DNA of 64,000 nucleotides from Takakia lepidozioides (lineage: Eukaryota; Plantae; Bryophyta). The stretch is from contig CM060732.1 of the NCBI GenBank assembly GCA_030704615.1, forward strand, positions 75,454,001 through 75,518,000. The letters are read 5' to 3'. Below the pieces are notes generated by a model. The model did not search any database. It worked only from the letters and a program-made list of their open reading frames with translations, and was not told the DNA's origin. This document shows positions 1 through 13,100 of this stretch, in pieces; position 1 is the first letter of the stretch, and each line of letters starts with the position of its first letter. The position numbers and the translations under genes are program-made.

Positions 1-2299
1 CTCTTTGATCACATAACAAAGGTACTGCGTGGATTGAAAGCGAGAAACGAAAGCATCACATTGCAGAGAGCATGCTGCCAGATTCCACTCTTCTTGTGGA
101 GAGGGCCAAGCGCAGACTCCACACTTTCTATTCATCCTGAGAATCCATCGCTCACTTTTGTAGTGACCGACATCAAGGACGTCATGTAACCTCTGTCTGA
201 AACACGCTCTTTTCTCGCGAAAATGAGAGTCTGGCTAGAGTTTGTTGAGAATCATTGATGTGGAACATCGGAGGCTATGGATTAAATTAGTTGTCCAATG
301 GCTCACATTCGCTACAACTACTTGAACAGAATACTCAGACTGAATTGCTGCAATAGTATGTTTCTTTCCTTTGGAATCCAAACCATCATTTGAACCCATT
401 GGAAGCTTTGAGGGGGATTGCTGGATAGATTGTGAGAATCTCTGATCAGCTCATGCGATTTGGGCAAATTCTCTTCTTCTGGAGGCAGTCAATTCACTTG
501 TGGCACAGGTGTCTCCCACCATCTCTTTGCTGGTGAGACTCGACCTGTGTTATGCCCTGCTCGACTAAAGGTTTTTAAGGAGTGGCTACACCAATGACAT
601 GCACAAATCCATCAAACTTGACCTCTGCTTGATGACCCTTCCAACAGGATGTGCAACATAGACTATGACATATGTTTTACAGCCCACCTAGATCCACATG
701 TAACAGGTTTATTTGCTCCCGTAATATGGGTATCTGATCCTTATGGATTTGCTTGAAAAAATAACCTGTGGCTCCAACAAGAGCGCTGAGGGTTTCGACC
801 CCGTCCTTCCACGGGGAATGTGAATGACATACTACATATTCCACTCAAGTTATAATCAATTTTGCAATCTTGCCTACAAATGTATCTGGTAAGTTCCAAA
901 TACCTGATCCACCCAGCTCCATGTTCACTGAGATCATCCAACTAGGTTGCCATGAATAGAGACACAGGCAGAGTAGCCAATGACAAAAAAATCCTCCAGA
1001 TCACAAAATCTGTAATCTGGAATGATGTATTGAAGGATCACAAGAAGTTATCCCATAGCCCTCAAGAGTCTAACAAAGTGCTGCTCCTCATCGACAAAGA
1101 CACTTCAACGGTAAATTATGAATTTCCGAACATAGCCCTACATAGAGGAATAATGGACCCACTTCCAAACTTTCACCAACAATCACTGTTTTCTTGAAGT
1201 ACAGAGGAAGGAGAAAGCTGCACACACGTTTTTATCAATGTTTTTTTGACATTGAACTTCATGCATATTCTAATGCTAATTAACTCATTTGCAAGTCTGT
1301 CAATTGTCATTGGAGGCTGGGTAACGACAATCTAAAAACCCTGATAAACGACTAAGCAAGGGATTTCAAATAGAAGACCAAAACTGGGAAAGTGCACTTG
1401 ATTGCAGTAGCTCAAGAGCACATGACAATTACCGAACTATTCAACAACCGCCAATAAGTCAGCCACACGGCAAAAGCAGATCTTCTCTGGTGTTCCCAAA
1501 TCCGCCTGTATTTCAAAGACGACAAGATGGATAATATAGTAAGGAAAAAGTGGTGAGGGATAAAAAGTGGTGGCTCATTTTACGAGCCACCATTGAGTCT
1601 TTCCCAACTGTACAACCCAGTATAAACTAGAAGGTTCAATATAGATGAATGGTTCACAGGCCTAACAATGACTTGTAAACAACCAGTCTTAGTGCTCTGA
1701 TACTAGAGAGAGGCAACTGCCGCACTGCCATTAACATGTACTCATAAGACATTGTTATAACCTTGTGGCCATAGACCCCACGCTCAGTTTGGGCAGAACA
1801 AGAAGGACAGACACTACCTTTGTGTGGGGCTCACTCCAATAGTCGTACTGCAGTTAACAAAGATTTAACAAAGATAACGCAAGTGAAGATGACTACGAAA
1901 AGGAGATTTCATGGGAGTGTACCTCATAGGCATTAATGTCGGAGAACAGGACCTGCATTTTTCAACAACCCACGGGACACCACAGAACGCTTAATGTTTG
2001 ACAAATAGCATTATCAGAAAATGACAAGGACCAATCAAGTCAGCAATGTCATATGCTGCAGGATAGAGAAATGTCGGTTAGTGGCCTAACTCCCTTCTCC
2101 AGCTGGGATGAACCAGGAAAGGTAGAAGAGGAACTTGGGGAACAAGGAGAGCAGAATAGAGTCTATACTCCTGTGTTCCCTTCAAACATTCGCTTGCCAT
2201 AGGCTTACAGCCAACAACCCGGTGAGAAACTAACCCTCCCGGAGTATCGAGAGAGAGAGAGAAAGAGAGATTCCACATGAGTCTACTGCTGGGATCAAT

Positions 2300-3450
2300 G
2301 GACCTAGAGAGAACCAAGGAGAAGAGAGTAGGGAGATAATTAAAAGCTAATGAGGCCAATATAGGCCACCACTCATGTGTCAACAGAGTAGAGCACAACA
2401 CATATGAGTGCTTCAGTACCATACTCTGCTGCTGTAGGTGTCTGGGCATTTTAATCAAACCTGCCTCCCTATATAAGCCCTAGACGGGTTAGACTTAGAA
2501 ATACAAGCGAAATGAGGGGTAAGGTAATAGAGACGAATGTGAAGAGGTGCAATTTAGTTGCTTACCTTCTGCCCCTTCTCTATGGATGCAGCATCTTTCC
2601 CCATGGACAAAACCTGTTTAAAAATCATTGGGATTGTTCAGGACCTGGCAAGAGCTCTCCTGCCATGAACAGAACTGCATAGCAATCCTTCACACATATA
2701 GGATTGTGGACTGCACAGACCCTTATATCCCTTTGACTAAAGCATACACCTGTCAGGTTTGTGTACCAAGTGGAGGGGCAGGGAGAGAAATAGAGCTCTA
2801 CTCGAAACTCAGGATCTACATTGACCCTCCTCATTCGGTGTGAGCTTTCTCTGCTGTCTACTTCATGCAGTATATACTCATTGGCTCCAACCCACCAACT
2901 TAGTAAAATACAAGAAGATGTGAGACCACAGAAATATACAGACTAAGCACATCCACATGTGCCCCAAAAGCAAAAGACGTGTGTACAAAGAGGTTGAAAA
3001 CATCTTGTAAGCTGGTATCTCACCTCGCCAACAAGATACCGCTCAAACTTGACAGCTGATTTGGGCAGTAATACTCCTCCAGCAGATTTCTAGAAGTTCA
3101 CAAAAAGGCTGAAACTTGTTTAGTGCTGCTGTACGTGAGAAAACCATACTTCAACCCACAACTAAGATGTCTCTACTTATCACCAAGCCAAGTGCACCGT
3201 GTCTTTATACAATAAACAGATGGACTGAGAGAAAGAGCTCGTGTAGGGCTCAACTCCTAGTTAGAGGTCAAGTCTTAATTGTCAGCATTATGAGACTCAA
3301 GTCTCTGCCTGGAAGCTAGACCACTACTCTCAAGATTCATACATCTTCCACCTTCCAATTTGACCCAAAATGCAATTGGATTACCATTGATGGAGGACCG
3401 TGGAACAAATTCATGAAGGTCGAATATGATAGAAAGCTACCTCAGGTAAG
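2300..3450 (+). mobile_element. Possible highly degenerate LINE (APE endonuclease region) relic
   Basis: Peptide fragments in order ASLYKP ... IVD...YT...YSKLRIYID loosely resemble LINE endonuclease motifs (lYaP, D..YT, SRLDRiY). There is no long ORF, and the boundaries are approximate. Confidence 0.25.
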
Positions 3451-5629
3451 TCCTGAAGGCGTATCAACACCCTGTCTGCCTGGGGGACAACCTGCAGAAT
3501 AGTCCCTTCTGAGTTCAATTAAGTAGGACAGTATGAGCCTCTCAGCTCCTTGCATAAGAGCAACACGTCTAAAATTTGTTGCCAGAAAAGAAGACTGAAA
3601 TCTGACAGCAACATACAGACCTTGAACAAATTAAATCAATAGAACCTATACTTTGGAAACAGCACTAGTCTGCTCAGCTTGCTCACATACTGTTCAATCT
3701 GGTCTATTCAAAGTATAACCCTCTCAGAGCTGGCAGTGTAGATTCAATCCACAGAGAGAGATAGAGAGATGGAGACAGAGAGAAGTACTTGTAAAATTAT
3801 GACTGTGGTACGTTCTACCCTAGACTCCAAGTCTGGACAGAGCAGGAAGGGGGACAAAGGGCCAGGGGATGGAAGAAAGGAGAACGGGACCTCCACCACC
3901 CGAGACTTGAGTAGTACAACACTATGAGGGAGAGAAAGACGGGCGGGGAGGATTGATGAAAGAGGAGGCCCTCTGCAACTATGTCAAGAGCTGTAAGAGG
4001 GCATATAGCAAGGTTCTGAATGCTGCTTGCTCGTCCAAACCAACTAATTCAACAAGATGAAGAGCAAAATTGGGGGACCAACCTTGGTGAGATCCACAGC
4101 ACTTGCTGAGGCACATCCAGGCGCTCTGCTGATTCGACCCATTTTCCCAGAAGGACATTTCGATCCCAGGGCCATTTTGATATCAGCTGCCACCGCTGAT
4201 GTCGCCATCGCCATCGCCTTATCCCCCTAGTGAAGGCAAGGAGCGAGACGCGGAGAGAGGGAACAAGCCGACAATGGTCCTGGAGAAGAAGTAAAAAGTG
4301 GATGTTCTCAGAATATTCTGTTCGATTAGATATGAAAGAGAGGAACTTCTTGTCTGCTATGCATGCTTCTGGCCGCCCACAATTGGGTTTACGATTGTGT
4401 GTGGGATATGGTGCAGGGATGTGCTTGGTGTCTGCGCGCTTCACAATCTTCCCTTGGTGGAGATGGTGGTGGTTACTCTGCCGCCTGCTTGGCTCCCCCG
4501 TGCAGGTGCTTTCCGTCCAATGCTCCAGGACGTTGATAGCTTGAATGTACATCACATTCTTTGACTTGCTTCGTTGGGTCTTGATTGTCCTCGAGTTTTT
4601 ATGTAGGGTTGCCTCAACATGCTGTAGGATCAACATTCATTTTCTTGCCCTGAATTCTTAGCGCTGTCAGATTTACCCTCCCGTGTATTCTAATTTACCT
4701 TCTTAGCCCCAGGTAGTTGGTCCTTGGCCGATCACAATGCATGTAGTTGTGGGGTGGTTTGCAGGTCATTGGCAGCGTAGACATTGGAAGTAGTTATGTG
4801 TGGGACTAAGTTGGGAGGACCTGATGTGTGGGATAGAGTCATCTGGAAGGTGGTTGTGAGCACACTGAGTTTTTGGAAATCATAGAATGTTGAGAAGGAG
4901 GGTGGGGGAAATGGAAAAGCCTACAATTGCCCCAGGGCTCCTTAATAGACTGTGAAACTAGAAAAACTCATAATCTTGTAGTTTTTGCACGCAGGTGAAG
5001 CAGAAAGTACGAGAAGGCTTTGGGAGAAGGAGTTCTCAGATACCTCAGAGTGGTGGGACATCTTTAATCAGGTAAGTGTAAAGAGTTCATTATGGAGGTT
5101 ATGGGACTGAAGCTGGCACAACGAGGTTGGGTGGACTGGATGAGACCCCAGTCCTGTAAATCAATTTGAGTTTGCTGATGTTCTGGGTTTGGGGTGTAGT
5201 CTTGGACCATCTGGCGTGGTATCTGAGATGGAAACTTTGCATTGACCCCCTTTCTCCTTCAAATTACTGGAAATTAGGGCCTAACTCCTTACTCGGGAAA
5301 GGCACCACGACCCCTGAATTCACAAAATCGGTTAAGATTGCATTCTATCAATGGTCGGATTCCAAGAGCCCTAGCCTTGAAGGGGGATGTGCTATTGGAA
5401 TGTGCAGCTTTGCGACAAGATGGAGGACATGGTGCAGGAGGGGGTCAACATTGTGGACTGTCACATTGTTGGTGGAACCCTCCTTGGGTAAAAGCAGGGC
5501 TAGCTGCCATGATACAAGATCAAGCACAATCAGGTGATGGTCCAGATTATGGTCCAACACTGGCTGTGGGCATATTTGAAGATCACTTACAAATAGTCGG
5601 GCTGACACAGCGAGTCAACAGGACCTCTC

Positions 5630-8008
5630 ATGGCACATGTCGGGATGTTGCCAGGAAGACTGAAAGAGGCACTCAGCATGTTGAATCAACGAGGCGTGCA
5701 GGCAGACTCCAATATTTATGTTGGTGTCTTGCAAGAGTGTGTAAAGATGCGAAGCCTAGTAGCGGGAAAGCAAGTGCATGCTCACATAATCCGAAGTGAA
5801 TTCAAGCCAGACATCTTTCTACTCAACACCCTTGTCAACATGTATGCCAAGTGTGGGAGTGTCATGGATGCGTGCCAAGTCTTTCAGAAAATGCCTGAAC
5901 GAGATATGCTTACGTGGAATACAATGATAGCAGGATATTCTAAGAATGGGTGTGGTACCGAGGCTGTCCAGACCTATGAGCAAATGGTACGAGAAGGGGT
6001 GGCACCCAACAGGGTCACGTTTATCTGCATCCTGAAGGCATGTGCCAGCCTCTATGCCCTGGAAAAGGGCATTAAGGTCCATGCTGACATCATCAAGGCT
6101 GGAATTGTTCCAGATATTATCCTGGAAAATACCCTTATTGACATGTATGCCAAATGTGGGAGCCTATTGGATGCACGCCGAATGTTCGACAATATGGCTA
6201 CAAGAGATGTGGTCTCATGGAGCGCAATGATAGGAGGATATGCTCAGCATGGGTGTGGTAGGGAAGCTTTCAAGATTTATGAGCAAATGATACAGGAAGG
6301 AGTGACACCCAACAAGGTCACATTTGTCAGCATTCTGAAGGCTTGTACCAGCCTGGCCACCCTTGAAAAGGGCAGAGCTGTTCTCGCTGACATTATTAAA
6401 GTTGGAATTGCACCAGATATCATTCTAAATAATGCACTTGTTGACATGTATTCCAAATGTGGTAGCATAAAGGACGCACAACAAGTATTCAACAATATGG
6501 CTCAACGAAATGTGGTTTCATGGAATGCCCTGATAGCAGGATATGCCGAGCATGGGTATGGCTGGGAGTCTTTTGAGATCTATGAGCAAATGATATGGGA
6601 AGCAGTAGCACCCAACAATGTCACATTCATTTGCATTCTCAAGGCGTGTGCTAGTGTAGGAGCTCTGGAAAAGGGCCAAAACATCCATGCGGACCTCATC
6701 AAATTTAAAACTGTGCCAGATATCATTCTGGAGACTGCCCTTTTTGACATGTATGCCAAATGTGGGAGCTTAAGAGATGCACGTCAAGTGTTCGACAACA
6801 TGACTCAACGAAATGTGGTGTCATGGAGTGCAATGATAGCAGCATATGCTCAGCATGGTTGTGGTGAGGCTGCTTTTGAGATTTATGAGCAGATGATACG
6901 GGAAGGACTGAAGCCCAACCACGTCACATTCATTTGTGCTCTCAATGCTTGTGCAAACCTGGCGGCCTTGGAAAAGGGCAAACAGGTCCATGGTGACATT
7001 CTGAAAGCTAGGATTCCTTCCTACTTAAACTTGGAAAATACACTTGTTGACATGTATGCCAAATGCGGGAGCCTACAGGATGCACGTCAAGTGTTTGATA
7101 ATATGGCCGAACGAAATGTAGTTTCATGGAATGTTCTGATTGCAGGATATGCTCAGCATGGCTGTGGTAGGGAGGCTCTGCAATTATTTGAGCAAATGCA
7201 GTGTGAAGGGTTGAAGCCGGACGACATTACCTTTATTTGTCTTATCTCTGCATGTAGCCATCTGGGTCTAGTGGATGAAGGACGTCACTTCTTTGATTCG
7301 ATGTGGCCTGATTATGGCCTCAACCCTACAGTGGAGCATTTCGGCTGCATGGTAGACCTTCTTGGCCGTGCTGGCAGATTGGATGAGGCTGAGGACTTCA
7401 TTAACAAAATGCCAATTGAACCAGATGCTTCAGTGTGGAGGCCCTTGCTTGGTGCTTGCAGAATTCATGATAATGTGGAGCTAGCAGAACGGGTGGCAAA
7501 ATGCCTTCTCAAGTGGGGTCCAGAGGATGCTGCGACTTATGTGTTGCTATCAAACATCTATGCTGCAGCTGGAAGGTGGGATGACCAAGCAAAGGTGAGG
7601 AAAATGATGGAGGACAGACACGTCAGGAAAGAGCCAGGGCGCAGCTGCATTGAGGTGGACAACCAGTTGCATACTTTTGTTGTAGAAGATGGATCACATC
7701 CACAAATTGAGGAGATCCATGCTGAGCTGAAGAAATTGTCCATACAAATGAAGGAGGCTGGCTACATGCCTGACACCCGATTTGTATTGCATGATGTGGA
7801 GGAGGAGCAAAAGGAAGCCTCTCTTTGCCACCATAGTGAGAAACTGGCTCATCAATACACCCCCTGGCACGCCTATTCGTGTCGTTAAGAACCTTCGAGT
7901 GTGTGGTGACTGCCACACTGCCACCAAGTTCATCTCAACAATTGTTGGGCGAGCAGTTATAATACGGGATGGCAGCCGATTTCACCACTTCCAAAATGGG
8001 GTTTGTTC
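5630..8008 (+). pseudogene. PLS-class PPR RNA-editing factor with a frameshifted DYW domain (752-aa ORF 5630-7888; DYW remainder in a shifted frame to ~8008)
   Basis: Five L-S-P-type triplets (MYAKCGS, VVSW, VTF) are followed by L2/S2, E1/E2, a PG box (KEPGRSCIEV) and HSEKLA. The frame then shifts, and [22 protein letters not shown]...[12 protein letters not shown] continues in ORF 7782-8162. The terminal DYW is missing. Confidence 0.9.
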
Positions 8009-8149
8009 TTGTGGTGAAACCAGAACATGCCTGAAAGAAAAGGTGCTACTTGCTTATTTTCTTAAGCTGTTATCATTCCATGTAAGAGCTCATAAGGTTC
8101 AACAAAGGTTGCCATACAAGTGGTTAACATCCAACACCTCGATTTTCAA

Positions 8150-9500
8150 CCAACATCAATGAGAACAGCTTTGCATGCCAGAAAAACCGTCATTGCAAAT
8201 AAGGATTCCAAAGTAACTTGAACACTCCATGGATCAATCAAATTTTCCTTGTTTTCTTTTCTGTTCATGTCATAACCAGCAAACTCAAGAAGAATGTGTG
8301 GCGGTGGGGAACTACCAGTTGAATTCCTTTGTGTGCTACTCACATTATCTAACTCAACATTTGAGAGTGAAAGCACATCCACTTCTACTCAGCCCTAATT
8401 AATCAATTTCTGATGCACACTTTGGATGCACAAGCGCTGAAGCAAAATCCAATAGTACATTCCATCAGCATTGCAGCACTGCAGAGCAAGGAATATGCAA
8501 CAATCTAACACATTCAGATAAAAATGGGTCAGCTTGTCCAGCAGGCAAGAGATCAGAACAGGCCAACATCATTACTCACTCCGTTGTAGGGTTGACGACG
8601 CTCAAATTTTCCATAGACTCCATTACTCTGGAGTATGTGACAAGATTAAAGAAATGTCAAAAACTGCATGATGATACTGCAGGCAGACTCATCTCCATAG
8701 CAACGGCGACTCAGCTCAAGTTGTACTTAGAAAGCTCTGTGAGCAACTTAACATGATGCTACTGACCACAGAGACAATCATAACCATGATCAGGAATATC
8801 AGAATTAACGAATGGCCTGCCCACCCTCGGTCCACCCTAGTTAGTGAGAAGTAGACTTTGTAGCATGCAAGTGCATATGTGGATGGCAGAGATGAATCGA
8901 AGTCGGTCTTGTAAGCATCCTCTAAAGAGAAGTGCAGGATGATGTGTAGGAGTCAAGACACACTGCACTTGTCATGCACGCGTATCTTCCCTGAGCCTTG
9001 GTAGTTAAGCTTCTCGTAGCTGTTGAGGAAGGTGTCGGACGAGGTTGTGCCTTGGGAATTCTGAACAAACCAGGGCAGACCACCCTCAGACGAAACCCCT
9101 CCCCATCCATGGAACAAGACCAACACAAGTGCATTATGGCAAGCATCTCCTCACTCCCCAGCTGATATACCAAGAAAAACTGAACAAACTACAAGGACCT
9201 GCAGATTGAAATGAAAACTGAACAGACTGACCTTAGATACAAAAATTTGACATGCACCCTCACAACACACTCCTAGAATGACATCTCTACACAGACTTTG
9301 GGACTTTTGCCTGGCTTTTCAACAAGCGGGGACTAAGAACTAGGTCTCTGACCACACTGGAGTCTCAAATCAACACATTGATGCTTCCGTGATAGCCCTT
9401 ACTGAGGGTTTGAAGGCCATGCTCATCCTCCACAACCAACTTAGAACTGTGAGTCTCTTCTTGCCTCTGCAAAGCATCGGCAAAATTGCTGCAAAAACAG
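8150..9500 (-). pseudogene. Possible very old PPR pseudogene relic
   Basis: Minus-strand fragments appear in PPR order: TY.C.LQ...G...H, then NPT, DLL..AG, W..LL, VLSLSN. An acceptor tttttgcag|caattt resembles the leader acceptor of the other PPR copies. Strongly decayed. Confidence 0.3.
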
Positions 9501-10149
9501 TACCCATTGCTGTTGAACAATTAGTAAGTTGACTTCAAGCTGAGCAATATAGCCTAGCAACAATTACAGTGAAGATGAGCCGTCAGGAGTATAGCCTTCC
9601 AGTCACCAGGGTCCGGAAACAAGGGTGTGGAAATCCCATACTTCATTGCTAATGCACACAAGACCACAACCACGCCATCTTTTGAAGAAAAATTGCAAAC
9701 TAGCAGCATCATAATCAAACGCAAAGGCCACCAAAATTGCTAGCTCCAAAACTAGCAAGGCTCCATCCTTCAACTGACGTTCCTTACCACTGCAACAAAT
9801 AGCCAGTATCTCCACCAGTATTCAGAGCAGCAACTTGTAACGAGTCTCACTCGTCATGCTTTGCAAGCATGCTCCCAGAGTTACTTCCCCACACCTGCCA
9901 TCTATTTTGGCCATCTGTGGCTCACGGCTGCTTTGATGCTTATAGAAGGCCCTTGCATTCTTACCCATAGCTACACAGGCAGCTGTAAGCTGATTGATAG
10001 GTTCTAGAAGAGAACCAACAGTGCCCGTACCCTTCAATGTCTCCATAAACCTGAGCTAAATTGTGGAAGCCCTTCGTTCTTCCCTAAGATCTCCCTGGCC
10101 GTTGATGTAAAGCCAATTGATATACACATCAAGAGAGAGGAGAAATTGC

Positions 10150-13100
10150 TCATCCGGTGTCAGCATTTAACATCGCATCCGCATCTCTTTGAGCTGCAGC
10201 TGCAGCCTCTATATCATAGTCATCCTCAGTCCCTAAACTCTCTTGTGACTGTAGATGGGACTCTTGCTCCCACGATGGTTGAGATGAGACCCCCTCCCAG
10301 CCAATCGGGTGACCACCATGCATTGCAGGGGGAAGTTCAATGAATGGCAATACTCCTTCTGATCTTGATGGCCCATTACCCAGAACGCGTGGACTTGTCA
10401 GCGAACTGCTCTTGTTATACACCAATTCTGTTCGACCAACCGAATAGATGGCTGAGGGATCCCCGGGGCCGCCCATTCCATCTGGAGAATGCATGTCCAT
10501 GCTCAGGCTAGCTCCCGTTCCATCCTGATCAGGTCCACTGGGGGATCCTGTCTCATAGGCTGTGACACCGTGATCTGAATTTTCAGCACTATCTTTCTTT
10601 GGCTTTTTCCATCGCTTGGTGGAGGATGTTCCATCGTCCTCAAAGTCTTCCTCCTCTCTTTCAGTGTGCAAGTACACCCACAGCTTGCGATCGCCATCAA
10701 ACCGGACACAAGGGTCTCTCTCGTAATGTAGGCGATCCAAGGCCCCGCTCACCACCTGATTGACCTGTAAACCAAGAACTTGTTCTTTCAGTGTTTGCTT
10801 GAAAGGATGAATGAAAATCATACTCCCATCATCCTTGCCAGTAACAAGAAATAGCTCTTGGTACCCATTCCACTCTCCCTGAGCCTGATGCCAGAAAGCT
10901 TCACAGGGTTACTGTGGTGGTAATGTGTTAACCCCGATAAGTTCTTTCACTTCAATGGAGTGATGTTGGTCCCTGGCTTCCATGCACACCCTAGAATATC
11001 AAGGTCTGAAGAGACAAGACTTGCTGGCACTAGACAGTTTCAAATGCACTCAATTTCAACTGCTTACTGGAGCTTTGACAATGAAGTGTGGGAAACTAAA
11101 TTCATGCCTGAGGTCAGAAGTGGTAGCTTCCAATTACATTTATACAACCCAAGACACACAGCTGAACACTGTTCATATTGTCATTGTCACTTCATCTGAT
11201 GGCATCTAGACCTTCAGTTGCTCTTACACCTCTTTTAGAAAAACAGGAACAGAACTGACCTGAGCATCAGAAACATCTTCAACAATGAACTGTGAGTCAC
11301 GGATCAGAGCACAGACGTCTGCTCGCGTGCCAATGCTTCCAGGGAGTCGAGCCGCCGCATCTCTCACCAGACACAAGATTGTCACGTGGGGCGGGCGGTC
11401 AGGCTTCAACATGAAGTGGTCCCGGGCCTTTGAAGTTGGCTTCCCGCCTCCTCGTCTCAAGGGAGCAACCACTGCTTTATGCCCGTCCGCCGTGGTGTAT
11501 GGAAAGGCTCGGTCAGGCAGTGAGTACCGGAGCAACTCCTCTCTGCGGAAATAGACCCTCATGTCCTCAGAGCTAGGAGCGATAGTCATCAGGCTTTTCT
11601 GGGCTCTCAGATCCCGAAACCTTTCCTTCTCGTCAACGGGAAGGGGCATTGGGGGTGGTGGGGGGAGCGGCAACTGCACAATTTGTTGTAGGGTATCTTG
11701 CCCGTGCTTTAACCAGGTAGCAAACATTTCCTCTAGTTTCAACAGTGTCTTTTGCGGAATCCCCCACTCCTCAGCTGTGACTTTGACCTCTGTGACATCC
11801 TGAGAACACAGTTGCAACAGAAACAGATTTGTCAATGAATTATGTAACCTTACTACGACATGTAAAAGACTGTCACTTCTGCAAGATGAAGGTGGCGAAG
11901 GAAGATTGTTCGGTGCATAATTACCTGCGAGGAAGTTGATGCAAGAGGGAGAGGCCCAGTCCATGACCATGCCTTCGTTTCTTTATCAAAAAGGACTAAA
12001 GGCTTCCAGCCTTTGGCTCCTTGAGGTGACACTTTGGATCCCATAATTTTCAATGCCCCTCGAACCAGATCCTGCACCCCTAAAACATCAGAAATCTTAC
12101 CAGTTGTCAAAACCGACTACTTATTGCAGATACTGTTGGCCACCATTAAAGTTCGGTATGAGCTGTCATCTTTTCAGATTATCAGGATGGTATAAAAAGA
12201 AGCCTCCAGGTGTTAAGAGAGCCATCCATCTGGCCTGTGCAAGGGCTGAGCTCTATCTGCGCCTTTGATGTTTATGCGAGAACTAGACAAATGACTAGTC
12301 ATGAGGCCCATAATAGTATGGGTATGTTCTTACTTGGAGAACTATACCTGCAGCGGCTCTTGAGATTCAAGAACACGGGGGTCCCCAGGATTGACTTGCA
12401 CTCGCCTGACAATCTCAGCAAACGGCACAGAGAAAGCTCCAGTGATTTTTTTCTCCACATCGGTTTCGTTTCCATCTGCCTTTTCACCAACCATACCCCC
12501 GGGAGATTGACTGTTTTGCGGAAGCAGACTCCCCTCTGATGACATGACATATGGAAGCTCCAAATCAAAACTCTCTCGCGCTGAATCACTCCTCCCAAGC
12601 GTGTCTCTACTCTCAGATGGGCCTTCTCCATAAGGTAACATTGTGGCTGCCCGGACAGCCGACAGCAGATGCGTGACAGAGAAAGGAAAAGTGGAGGCCA
12701 GAGACGGAATGGTCAATGGTGCCAGCTTTTTCGAGGACTTCACAGAATTGACCCCTCCTTTGTCTCCTGGAGAACCTGCAAAAAAAAGATTCTAAACACG
12801 TAAAAGACTGCCTGTAACAAACATTGATGCTAGCCAGAAGTGATCTAGTATGTCTGACTGTGCTCTATACAGACAGTTACTGCAGGGATAACCTATAATG
12901 CATCAACAAGTGAAAGCTATTAATTTCACCACTGCTAAGCATGTGCACTTAAGAGTAATGCAGTCTAAGCTCCCCCCCCCCCCTCTTTTCCCCTCTTATC
13001 TGCACTTCTTTCCCTTTTATTGGGCCCTGAAGCATTGAATCAGTAATGCTCCTCTAATCGTCCCAGCTGTGCCTAGTCAAGGACCATCCAAATAGTCGCA

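Noticed and set aside
1-2100. Possible gene or transposon fragment at the window start
   Set aside because: Only short ORFs without recognisable motifs; it cannot be assigned without a search.
4049-5540. LINE ORF1/endonuclease relic upstream of the first PPR gene
   Set aside because: The motif matches are weak. A clean AG/GT-bounded exon at 4995-5071 and homology with the other PPR leaders suggest a spliced 5' leader instead.
7782-8162. Stand-alone DYW protein or programmed frameshift
   Set aside because: It lacks the HxE motif in its own frame and the terminal DYW, there is no slippery site, and deletions explain it.
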